From NCBI GenBank assembly GCA_017431175.1, contig JAFRLN010000034.1, forward strand, positions 14,030 to 78,029: a stretch of DNA of 64,000 nt, in the 5' to 3' direction. A program made the translations under genes and the position numbers. Positions 52,707 through 61,354 of the stretch are shown in pieces. This DNA comes from Mogibacterium sp. (GTDB lineage: Bacteria > Bacillota > Clostridia > Peptostreptococcales > Anaerovoracaceae). The notes below the pieces were generated by a model. It did not search any database. It saw only the letters and a list, made by a program, of their open reading frames with translations, and had not been told where the DNA came from. Numbering within the stretch: position 1 is the first letter of the stretch; every line of letters begins with the position of its first letter.

Positions 52707-53846
52707 CTATACCTCAATACCGGCAAGCTCATTCTTATATGACCCTCTGCTGAAACCGGCTATCGTAAGATTAGTCTCGCTTGCGGTGCCGTCTGCTCCG
52801 TACAGGAGTATGGTGACCTGGCATCCGTTGGTGATCGCTTCGATACCCTCAGGTATCCTGGAACTGACTATTATGATATGAGCGTATCTGCTCTCTGCGA
52901 CATCTCTCTCTATCCTGCCGAAGGCGCTCGGCCCGGAGCTCGGCACAGCAAGATATTCATCTGCGGCGGACGCCGCTTCTGCTTCGTCCTGTATCCTGCG
53001 GATCACCGCTTTGCCCGTATCCGGGTTGGTCCAGCCGGCTGACAGAGCGTATCCGTCATTCAGTATCGAGTGTATCAGAGACGCGAAAACTGACGCGGCT
53101 GCGTCAAGGGCAAAAGGATCCTGCGCTATATCCGGAGCTGTATCGAGGATCACCAGGAACTGGTCTGTTACAGGGCTTCCGAGTTCTTTGACCAGAAGCT
53201 TGTCTGTCTTCTCCGACAGCTTCCAGTGGATATTTCTGACCGGATCACCCGGAACATATTCTCTGATCCCGGTGATGTCTCCGGGGTCATTTCCCCTTGC
53301 GTGCTCCTGGTATCTGTCGTTCTCGAGCATTGCTGCACTGCTGGTATATGACAGCATGATGTCGAATATTTCAGGCATAACAGTAAGGTGCTCCTCTCCG
53401 GAACACTCTGCTGTTTTGCTCCATATACCGAGAGTATCCGCGATCTGTGCGGATACTATAGACACTTTATATCTGCCTGCGTGTCCGGGAATGACTTCAA
53501 GAGCGGTCTCGCTGTGTCCGCGCGGCGGCAGAGCTTTGCTGACAGAATAGCTGTCAGTCTCTCCCGTCCTCAGATTGACGCAGCTTACATCTACATCCGC
53601 GGACGCGACCGGGATCATATCCGGATTGGACATAGTCAGGAGGACCGTGTGCTTATCAGGCGACGGGTCCGTACCGCTCAGACCGATACTGATATTCCTG
53701 CCGGAGATCCTGAGCAGTCCCAGGGATGCTGCCGGGAGGACGATCAGCACGATCAGGACAGCAAGCGTCACGGTCTCATTGGAGAACAGATACAGTATTA
53801 ACGCTGCAGCTATCAGGATGCAGCATACTATTCTTCTGATTAGCAT
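52707..53846 (-). CDS. DUF58 family protein (vWA-like, MoxR-associated)
   Basis: 379 aa with two N-terminal TM segments. Signature GDITGIREYVPGDPVRNIHWKLSEKTDKLLVKELG. Confidence 0.8.
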   Translation of the reverse strand: MLIRRIVCCILIAAALILYLFSNETVTLAVLIVLIVLPAASLGLLRISGRNISIGLSGTDPSPDKHTVLLTMSNPDMIPVASADVDVSCVNLRTGETDSYSVSKALPPRGHSETALEVIPGHAGRYKVSIVSAQIADTLGIWSKTAECSGEEHLTVMPEIFDIMLSYTSSAAMLENDRYQEHARGNDPGDITGIREYVPGDPVRNIHWKLSEKTDKLLVKELGSPVTDQFLVILDTAPDIAQDPFALDAAASVFASLIHSILNDGYALSAGWTNPDTGKAVIRRIQDEAEAASAADEYLAVPSSGPSAFGRIERDVAESRYAHIIIVSSRIPEGIEAITNGCQVTILLYGADGTASETNLTIAGFSRGSYKNELAGIEV

Positions 53847-53862
53847 CTGTGTATTCTGACTC

Positions 53863-54822
53863 CTATAAGCTGTTCGGTGTCCTGACGTTATCCATCAGCA
53901 GCTTCAGTATATCCTGCGGCGTGGTGCCGGCGGCTCTTGCTTTCTGCGTGAGCAGGATCCTGTGCGCGCATACATCGATGAATATATCGCGGATATCTTC
54001 CAGGGTGACATAGTCTCTCTTCTGCATCAGCGCGTTGGCTTTGGCCATGTGACTTACAGCGATAGCACCTCTCGGGCTGATACCGAGTTCGATGTTCGGA
54101 TTGTCACGGCTCGCCGCGACCAGATCTGCAATATATCTTACAAGAGGCTCCTTGATGGTGACCTGAAGAGTGGCGGCCTGCATCGCTTTCACAGAATCAT
54201 TATCTATGATCTGCCTTACGGACGCGTACGGATCAGCCGTCTGTCTTCCCTGGATGATCGCTACTTCACTGTCCTTGTCAGGGTAGCCGATCGCGAGCCT
54301 GACGAGGAATCTGTCCATCTGCGCGTGAGGAAGCACCTGTGTTCCTGCTGCGCCGACCTGGTTCTGTGTCGCGATAACGATAAAAGGATCCGGAAGCTTG
54401 TGAGCCTTACCGTCAACTGTGACCTGCTTTTCTTCCATAGCCTCAAGCAGCGCAGCCTGCGTTCTGCTCGAAGTACGGTTGATCTCATCGGCAAGCACGA
54501 GATTGGTGCTGTTGATAACACCCGGCATATAGACAAAAGTATTGTTATCCTTGTTGAATACAGAGAATCCGACTATATCCGAAGGAAGTACATCCGGAGT
54601 GAACTGGATCCTGTTGTATTTCATTCCAAGTGTCCTGCCGAGCGCGACCGCGAGCGATGTCTTTCCGACACCCGGTACATCATCGAGAAGGATGTGTCCG
54701 TTGGCAAGGATACTCATAAGCACCTTGCGGATGACATCCTGCTTACCGATTATGACTTTGCTTACTTCTTCATTGATCGCCTGTGTTGCCTTGTACACAG
54801 CCTCTACTGTCTTCTCGTGCAC
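53863..54822 (-). CDS. MoxR-family AAA+ ATPase
   Basis: 319 aa. GTG start with GGAGG 8 nt upstream, inside the end of tagH. Walker A DDVPGVGKTSLA, Walker B LVLADEINRTSSRTQAALLEAMEE, FIVIATQN, DRFLVRLAIGYPD. Confidence 0.9.
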   Translation of the reverse strand: MHEKTVEAVYKATQAINEEVSKVIIGKQDVIRKVLMSILANGHILLDDVPGVGKTSLAVALGRTLGMKYNRIQFTPDVLPSDIVGFSVFNKDNNTFVYMPGVINSTNLVLADEINRTSSRTQAALLEAMEEKQVTVDGKAHKLPDPFIVIATQNQVGAAGTQVLPHAQMDRFLVRLAIGYPDKDSEVAIIQGRQTADPYASVRQIIDNDSVKAMQAATLQVTIKEPLVRYIADLVAASRDNPNIELGISPRGAIAVSHMAKANALMQKRDYVTLEDIRDIFIDVCAHRILLTQKARAAGTTPQDILKLLMDNVRTPNSL

Positions 54823-54825
54823 TTT

Positions 54826-55671
54826 TTAAGCCTCCTGTTTTATTGTCTGAGCAGCTTTTTGCGCGGCAGCCTGCTGTTCAGCGGCCTTCTCCTCTGCTGC
54901 TTTCTTTTCGGCAGCTCTCTTCCTTGCTGCCGCTCTCTCTTCCGCGTTCGCCGGATCATAGAAATCGATCGCGTCATCTATCGGCCCGTCAAATTTCTTC
55001 ACTCCCTTTTCGAGGACAATACCTCTGTTGCAGAAATCTCTTGAAGTAGAAAGCGAGTGAGTTACGAACAGCAGCGTCACATCATCGTTTTTCATGATCT
55101 CCGCGACTTTGTCCTTGCACTTCTTCTGGAAGTTCTTATCCCCGACACTCAGCGCCTCGTCTACGATCAGGATGTCCGGATTGGAGTTGACGCTTATGGC
55201 AAAACCAAGTCTTGCTCTCATACCGCTTGAATAAGATCTCAGAGGCTGATCTATGTATTCTCCGATATCAGCGAATTCGATGATATCTTCTTCGACAGCG
55301 GCGATCTCATCCTCAGTCATGCCCATAAGGCTGCACTTGAAGCCGATGTTCTCGCGTCCGGTGGACTCATTGTCAAAACCTGCGGTCAGCTCGAGCAAAG
55401 CGCTTACCTTGCCTTTTACATATACCTCGCCCTCGGTAGGGAAGGTGACTCCCGTTACCATCTTGAGGGTCGTGGATTTGCCGCATCCGTTCCGCCCGAA
55501 CAGAGCCACACTCTCGCCTTTTCTGACTTCAAAGGAGAGATGGTTGATGGCCTTATTTTCCTTGTACTTGATCTTCTTGGAAAACAGACCTTTGAATCTG
55601 TCCCGGCTGCTTTTATAAAGCCTGTAGATCTTAGTTACATCATTAAAACGTATTACTACTTCATTTTCCAT
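54826..55671 (-). CDS. tagH: Teichoic acid / polysaccharide ABC exporter ATP-binding protein with Ala/Lys/Glu-rich tail
   Basis: 281 aa. FGRNGCGKSTTLK, YSSGMRARLGFA, ILIVDEALSVGD. The N-terminal beta-hairpin IRFNDVTKIYRLYKSSRDRFKGLF is typical of TagH/Wzt. The tail is ANAEERAAARKRAAEKKAAEEKAAEQQAAAQKAA. Confidence 0.8.
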   Translation of the reverse strand: MENEVVIRFNDVTKIYRLYKSSRDRFKGLFSKKIKYKENKAINHLSFEVRKGESVALFGRNGCGKSTTLKMVTGVTFPTEGEVYVKGKVSALLELTAGFDNESTGRENIGFKCSLMGMTEDEIAAVEEDIIEFADIGEYIDQPLRSYSSGMRARLGFAISVNSNPDILIVDEALSVGDKNFQKKCKDKVAEIMKNDDVTLLFVTHSLSTSRDFCNRGIVLEKGVKKFDGPIDDAIDFYDPANAEERAAARKRAAEKKAAEEKAAEQQAAAQKAAQTIKQEA

Positions 55672-55688
55672 GATCTATATTCCTTTAC

Positions 55689-56495
55689 TTACAGAACATC
55701 CGGAATCTCCTTACGGAGTCGGCGGTATGCCCACAGGGCGCCCAGAGTAAATACGAACAGTGTTACACAGTAGCACAGCAATTCGACCTTGTCTTCAAAG
55801 AACCACTGCTTGTATATAAAGGTCCTGCGGTATCCGCTTGATATGACTGTGACAGGATTGAACTTGAGCAGCAGCCTTACCCAGCTGTGCTGGATAGTAT
55901 CTACATTGTAGATAATACCCGACATCCAGAAGATCGCCTGGGATAATGACCCGACCAGGTTCTGGAAGTCTTTGCTGATCGCGGAAAGCAGACCGGCGAA
56001 AAGAGCCCACACCGTGAAGAACAGGAACATCATCAGCATGTAGAGCGGTATCTGCAGCAGATAGATATCCGGCATATATCCGAAGCACATATACAGAATA
56101 ACTGTAACTACACACAGGAATATATGCGTATACAGATGTGAGATGTTGACATACGTCGGTATGATCGAGATCGGGAATTTCATCTTGGTGACCAGATGAC
56201 TGTATTTTCTGATACAGGCTGCGCCGCCTGTGATCAGTTCAGACATGAAGAACCAAGGGAGAAAACCCGCTTCCAGCCACAGGAAGTAAGGATATCCTTC
56301 TACCTTACCGCCTGCCCTCAGACCTATTGTAAACGCGAACCAGAATACAAATAGCGTTATCATAGGCTTGATGAGCGCCCATGCCCATCCGAGAGCAGCA
56401 CCTCTGTAAGTCTTGATCAGGTCTGACTTGGCGAGATTGAATATCTGCGCTCTGAACGAAATATGTTCGTCAACTATTGTTTTGATCGTTTCCAC
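55689..56495 (-). CDS. tagG: ABC-2 type exporter permease
   Basis: 268 aa with 6 TM segments. N-terminus ...FRAQIFNLAKSDLIKTYRGAALGWAWALIKPMITLFVFW is typical of TagG/Wzm. Confidence 0.8.
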   Translation of the reverse strand: METIKTIVDEHISFRAQIFNLAKSDLIKTYRGAALGWAWALIKPMITLFVFWFAFTIGLRAGGKVEGYPYFLWLEAGFLPWFFMSELITGGAACIRKYSHLVTKMKFPISIIPTYVNISHLYTHIFLCVVTVILYMCFGYMPDIYLLQIPLYMLMMFLFFTVWALFAGLLSAISKDFQNLVGSLSQAIFWMSGIIYNVDTIQHSWVRLLLKFNPVTVISSGYRRTFIYKQWFFEDKVELLCYCVTLFVFTLGALWAYRRLRKEIPDVL

Positions 56496-56516
56496 TTTTA
56501 CTGTCTCTCCTGATAA

Positions 56517-58676
56517 TTATTTTCTCTTCCTTCTTCTCGTCAGGTGAAGCTTTCTCCTGGCTCTCTCTACGTTCTCAATACCCTTGAGAAGACCGACGTC
56601 GACAGCTTTGTCCATTATCGGCTTGATACCCTGATAGTAATTGATCTCCTGGATCAGACCTCTTGAGTTGGAGACTGCGCGGTCCTTGAGCATTGCGTCA
56701 GCGAAGATCTTATATACTTCGAACTGGTAAGCCTCGTCCTCGATCAGATCTTCTACTACAACTGAAGCGAAGAGCGTAAACGGACTTTTGCCGCTTACGA
56801 CCAGCCAGTCGTAATAGTCATAGACTACATTCGCGAGCCTGCCTTCTATATCTTCAGATTCATCCGTTCTCTCTCTGATTATCTGTTCGACCAGTTCACC
56901 GTAATAACTCTTGCCGTCTTCAATGTCAAGGTATCTGTCAGCATTTATACTAAGAGTCAGGTCCTCTCTCTTGCGGATATACCCGGTGTAATCAGCGGTG
57001 AGAATCGCAAGGTTCTCTTTTGTGCATTCTCCTTCTTCTAACCGCCTGATCACTTCACGGTGCCAGACCTTATTGATAAGTTCTCCGTTGTAGTGATCGC
57101 CAAGATATCCCGGGTTAAGAGCAATGTTGACCGGTCTGTTGCTTGCGTTGAGGATCGTCGTCTGCAGCCTGAAGAAAATAATCGGGTGGATACGTGCCCT
57201 CAGAGATCCTGCGATCTCATTGGTCAGAGTAAATCCCGGATTGCCTTCTTCAAGAAGCATCAGATAGTCATAGCCCGTTCTTCCGTGGATGACTTCTCTG
57301 TATATCGACCAGTCATCGTAGGAAGATACTTCACAGAATTCGATGTAAGGGTCATATCTGTCCAGCCAGGTCTTGATCCAGCCCAGCTCTTTGTGCCACA
57401 GCATACCCTCTTTCGAACCCTTGATAGTTCTTTTATACTCCTGAACTCTGTTCTTCAGGTGTTTTTTATCAAAATATTCTTCATATTCTGCTTTCTTCCC
57501 TTCAGGAATGAGCAGGTACAGGCTGGTTCTGACATATGCCTTTCTGAAGATGCAGCTGTATACATTGACATATGTCTCAGGTGTCATCTCCTTGACCTTG
57601 ATGAACATATTGATCGACAGCTTTTCTCCCTCGATCTGTTCTCTGACAGCGTCGGTTACATCCTGCCTGTCAAAATCGGTCTTGGTAAAATAGACTTTGG
57701 ATTCCTTGGCACAGGTAGCGATCGAAGCGCCGGTCGACCCGAACGTGACAAGTCTGTCGAATTTCTCATCCCGGTAGTTGAACACTTCAACAGGAAAGTC
57801 CTTCGGAAGGACTTTTGCCTTTTCGCTTCCGAACATTCTCGGATCATTCCTCTCAGCCGGGTGCGGCTTATAGTATACCTGAAGCCCTTCGTCGTTTTCA
57901 TTCCTGATGATCTTCCTGCACAGAAGGTAGTTCTCGACGGCGTTACAGTATCTTGACCTGTCGAGAGGCTGTCCGAGATACAGAGAACTGTTGCCGGTGA
58001 TTCCCATCTTCTCTACATCAAAGATCTGCAGCAGAGCCTTCTTGAACTTGTCCTCATTCTGAGCGACGATATCCTTGTAGTCCCAGACGAACAGCTTGGA
58101 TCTGTAGTAGTCATCAAGATCCTCAAAGTCTACGCTGCTGATGATTTTTCTGACCTTTTCGTGTCTGTACAGCGGTTCCGGATAATAGCCCTTCTCTATG
58201 AAAGGCTCCAGTCTCTCTTTATCTCCTTTGAACCTGTGGATGCCGATCTGCTGCTGCAGAGAAGCATATCCGTCCTCTACTCCGACTATATTGTCAAAAT
58301 GCTTGCAGATATAGTAATAGTGATACTGGAAATCGTTATATACGAAGATCTCGTCGCTTTTGTCTGCGTTCTCGAAGTCCTCCTCATACTGCGGCTCAAG
58401 ATACTTCTCGAAAAGCGATGAACCCAGCGCGTCGATCTCGTCCTCTTCCATGTCGTATGTCTTTCGGAGTTCCTTGACTAATTCCGGGAATTCCCCTCGC
58501 CAGGTGATTCCTCTGACTTCGTTGAAAACACCCGTATCAGCGATTCTCTCCAGCAGGACCTCGTCCGGGTTGAGAAAATCCATTGAGAAATACAGATTCG
58601 GCTTTTCCTCAAACGTCAGAGCTAACGCGATCGAGTGCATCAGCTGATAATAAGTCATTGCTACTAATGATTTCAT
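56517..58676 (-). CDS. Large cytoplasmic protein; N-terminal half resembles GT52/capsule-type glycosyltransferases, C-terminal half unknown
   Basis: 719 aa. MTYYQLMHSIALAL, YYKPHPAERN and TFGSTGASIA loosely parallel GT52 (Lst-like) motifs. This assignment is tentative. Confidence 0.35.
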   Translation of the reverse strand: MKSLVAMTYYQLMHSIALALTFEEKPNLYFSMDFLNPDEVLLERIADTGVFNEVRGITWRGEFPELVKELRKTYDMEEDEIDALGSSLFEKYLEPQYEEDFENADKSDEIFVYNDFQYHYYYICKHFDNIVGVEDGYASLQQQIGIHRFKGDKERLEPFIEKGYYPEPLYRHEKVRKIISSVDFEDLDDYYRSKLFVWDYKDIVAQNEDKFKKALLQIFDVEKMGITGNSSLYLGQPLDRSRYCNAVENYLLCRKIIRNENDEGLQVYYKPHPAERNDPRMFGSEKAKVLPKDFPVEVFNYRDEKFDRLVTFGSTGASIATCAKESKVYFTKTDFDRQDVTDAVREQIEGEKLSINMFIKVKEMTPETYVNVYSCIFRKAYVRTSLYLLIPEGKKAEYEEYFDKKHLKNRVQEYKRTIKGSKEGMLWHKELGWIKTWLDRYDPYIEFCEVSSYDDWSIYREVIHGRTGYDYLMLLEEGNPGFTLTNEIAGSLRARIHPIIFFRLQTTILNASNRPVNIALNPGYLGDHYNGELINKVWHREVIRRLEEGECTKENLAILTADYTGYIRKREDLTLSINADRYLDIEDGKSYYGELVEQIIRERTDESEDIEGRLANVVYDYYDWLVVSGKSPFTLFASVVVEDLIEDEAYQFEVYKIFADAMLKDRAVSNSRGLIQEINYYQGIKPIMDKAVDVGLLKGIENVERARRKLHLTRRRKRK

Positions 58677-58701
58677 TGTACCGGCCCCTTTGCTGCAGTG
58701 T

Positions 58702-61335
58702 CTAAATCAGTTCGTCGAATTTCTGTTTCAGATGTTCATTTCCGTTTCTGACAAACTCATCTACTGCATCTGCGTCAATAGATGAATCGAACTGGTGGAA
58801 GTTCATCAGTGTCGTCTGTGAATACAGATTGCGTATCCTGACATCGTCACTTCCCATGTATTCAAGGAAAGTGATCGCCCTGTCGCTGATATCTTCCCGT
58901 TCTTCTATAAGAGACGGATCCAGCATATAGCTTTCGTATTCTTCAAGTGTCTTCGGGAATACGAACCCTATCGGATAATCATAATGCCCCCACACGTCGG
59001 CTACAAGAACTTTTTTGCCCTGAGCGGTAAATTCCAGTGAGCTCGTTCCGTTCCAGACAAGTCCTACATCCATGTATGGCGTGAGTTCCGAATTGGTGAA
59101 CATATCATTATCAAGATAGATCACACTCTCTCCCATCTCGGTATCGATCAGCGATCTCAGGTCATCGATCTTTTCAGAGGTAAGCGTAAGATCCACTCTG
59201 TTCTCATGCGGATGAGGTTTGATGAGCAGCAGGACTCTGTCGCTGTTTCTGTTGGCAAAATCCACAGCGTGCGTGATCCATTCGCGCATATCCGAATGAA
59301 CACAGCCCTGCGTGTACTTTACCGCCAGATCTATTATGACCTTGCCGTTGAGAAGGATGATCGTCTTCCCTTCTTCCTTTGCCTTCCTGATCCGCTCAAG
59401 CGTGTCCTGTTTTGCCTCGTAGAGAACTCTCAGTCTGTCTCTGCCGCGCTGAGCTTCCAGGTGCTTCTGCATCTTCTGGCGTATCTCCGGAAGACGCCAC
59501 TTATTATTTTCGTAATACCGCTCAAATCCTTCCGCTGTGCCGAGGAATGAATTCCTTGCATTCAGGTTGCGCGTCAGATTGAGCGCGGTAGTCGTTTCCG
59601 AGCGCGGATCAGACGCGTTCAGGAAATAGTTATCATATCCCGGGGATGTGCAGATATAATTCAGTCCGTTTTGGAAGCCTTTCTCTTCACAGTATATGCG
59701 GAACGCCGCCGCGTAATGGATGTGAGGAGCATTGGATATGAAGAATACTCTCTTATTATTCTTCACAGCCCACTTCTCGACCTCTTCCGCGTATCTGAAG
59801 AACGCGTTGTAGACCCTGATCAGCGAATCGGTCTTATATCTCGCCCAGGCATCAGTATCATAATTATAATTATAAGTGAACTGATATCTGGAGACGATCT
59901 CGAATATAGGCTGATAGATATTCATACCTCTGCAGATGATCTTCTTGCCGGGTATGTCGATCTCTGTACCGGAAATATCGTTGTCCTGGAAATACATCGT
60001 ATCCAGACCGTCATTCCACCAGCCGTACAGTTCGTAAAAATCATCCTCCGGACCGCATGACTCAAGATGGATCTTCGGAGAAAACGCGTAGCTCGGTATT
60101 CCCCTTCTCTTCGCTTCAAGAAGGAACGGGAATGTAACCGCTCCGTTCACCAGCGAATGCTCATTGACGAAAATGAATACCGCGTCATCGACACGCTCTG
60201 TCTCTGACGGAACCACTTTATCATAGTTGACTTTGTAATCTCTCCAGTATTCCACTGACGGTCTCATCAGGAGCAGAGTGTAGACATCCTTGTTGGCTAT
60301 CAGTCTGTCCTCAAGAGATTCCGCCTTCGCGGCCATAGATCTGTAATACTCTACTGCTTCATCGATCTCCGCGAGCAGAGTGGTCAGATCATACTCTTTG
60401 TCAGCAAGGTGCTGTTTGATCATGCTGATCCTGTAACCGACAGCACTCTCGTCAGGTCCTTTTCCGAGGGCTCTCCTGACAACTTTCTCTGCTTTCTGTT
60501 CTCTTCCCTCGCACAGGAGTCTTACGGTCTCGATATCATAGGCATGAGGGCCGTTGATTACATTCTCTCCCAGAGAGTCAAGCCATGAGCGTACTCTGTC
60601 GATATGCTCATTGGTGTAGCAGAATTCTCTGAAGAGTCTCATTACAAGAGGTTCCGCGCTTCCCTGATATCTCTCGCAGATATCATCCAGAAGTGCGCCG
60701 AACGCAGGGTTTTCAATGCCGGTCCTGCTGCTGATCACGTACAGATTGTACAGAAAGTCTGCTTTGTTGTTAGCTGTCGAACATTCTGTTTCATATGCTT
60801 TCTCGCATGACGCGAAGAGCGATTCGATCCTGCTGACAGGCAGCTTTCCGCAGCTTGAGATCAGGATCTGCACATACATTCTCGCCTTATAGGTTTCCCT
60901 GAAAATGATGTAGTACTTGTTGAGAAGCCTGTGCGCGTGCTGCACGTTATGGATGCTCAGATTGGCAAGAATGAGCATCAGTATCACTTTCTGGAGATCT
61001 ATATAGTAGAAACGGTTTCTGATCAGCTTAGGATGAGCAATAAAAGCATCCGTGAACAGCTCTATGGACTTGTTTTCCGCGGTCTCATCCAGAGACAGTC
61101 TCACCTTCGGATACAGCGTCATGAAATACAGGTGCAGAGGCTGCACTATTACATTATTCTTCTCTTTGTCTTTGGTCAGACTCAGGATGTCATCCATGAC
61201 CTGCTGTTCGTAAGGAAGACATTCCTTTTCGTCATCAAGAGCAGACAATACCGACAGGTTCTTCATGATCCTGGCAATTGTCTTCTCATTTCTCTTGTTT
61301 CTTGCGCTCTGCCTAAGTTTCTGTAATAAACCCAT
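58702..61335 (-). CDS. Large cytoplasmic protein: ~450-aa helical N-terminal region + C-terminal capsule-synthesis (KpsC/KpsS-like) or TagF-like transferase domain
   Basis: The track ORF starts at 61416, inside the upstream gene. The ATG at 61335 has GGAG upstream. C-terminal LLLIKPHPHEN and VWNGTSSLEFTAQGKKVLVA resemble HP...S..G.E motifs of Capsule_synth-type enzymes. Tentative. Confidence 0.35.
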   Translation of the reverse strand: MGLLQKLRQSARNKRNEKTIARIMKNLSVLSALDDEKECLPYEQQVMDDILSLTKDKEKNNVIVQPLHLYFMTLYPKVRLSLDETAENKSIELFTDAFIAHPKLIRNRFYYIDLQKVILMLILANLSIHNVQHAHRLLNKYYIIFRETYKARMYVQILISSCGKLPVSRIESLFASCEKAYETECSTANNKADFLYNLYVISSRTGIENPAFGALLDDICERYQGSAEPLVMRLFREFCYTNEHIDRVRSWLDSLGENVINGPHAYDIETVRLLCEGREQKAEKVVRRALGKGPDESAVGYRISMIKQHLADKEYDLTTLLAEIDEAVEYYRSMAAKAESLEDRLIANKDVYTLLLMRPSVEYWRDYKVNYDKVVPSETERVDDAVFIFVNEHSLVNGAVTFPFLLEAKRRGIPSYAFSPKIHLESCGPEDDFYELYGWWNDGLDTMYFQDNDISGTEIDIPGKKIICRGMNIYQPIFEIVSRYQFTYNYNYDTDAWARYKTDSLIRVYNAFFRYAEEVEKWAVKNNKRVFFISNAPHIHYAAAFRIYCEEKGFQNGLNYICTSPGYDNYFLNASDPRSETTTALNLTRNLNARNSFLGTAEGFERYYENNKWRLPEIRQKMQKHLEAQRGRDRLRVLYEAKQDTLERIRKAKEEGKTIILLNGKVIIDLAVKYTQGCVHSDMREWITHAVDFANRNSDRVLLLIKPHPHENRVDLTLTSEKIDDLRSLIDTEMGESVIYLDNDMFTNSELTPYMDVGLVWNGTSSLEFTAQGKKVLVADVWGHYDYPIGFVFPKTLEEYESYMLDPSLIEEREDISDRAITFLEYMGSDDVRIRNLYSQTTLMNFHQFDSSIDADAVDEFVRNGNEHLKQKFDELI

Positions 61336-61354
61336 CTGTGCTCCGCTCCCCTGT

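Noticed and set aside
53962-55044. 360-aa plus-strand ORF across the MoxR/tagH junction. Similar long antisense ORFs occur at 5699..6718, 8218..9174, 33951..34958, 42430..43098, 57060..57956 and 62606..63517.
   Set aside because: All lie antisense to confidently assigned minus-strand genes and span gene junctions. Their composition is Arg/Leu/Ser/His-rich, as expected for reverse-frame translation.
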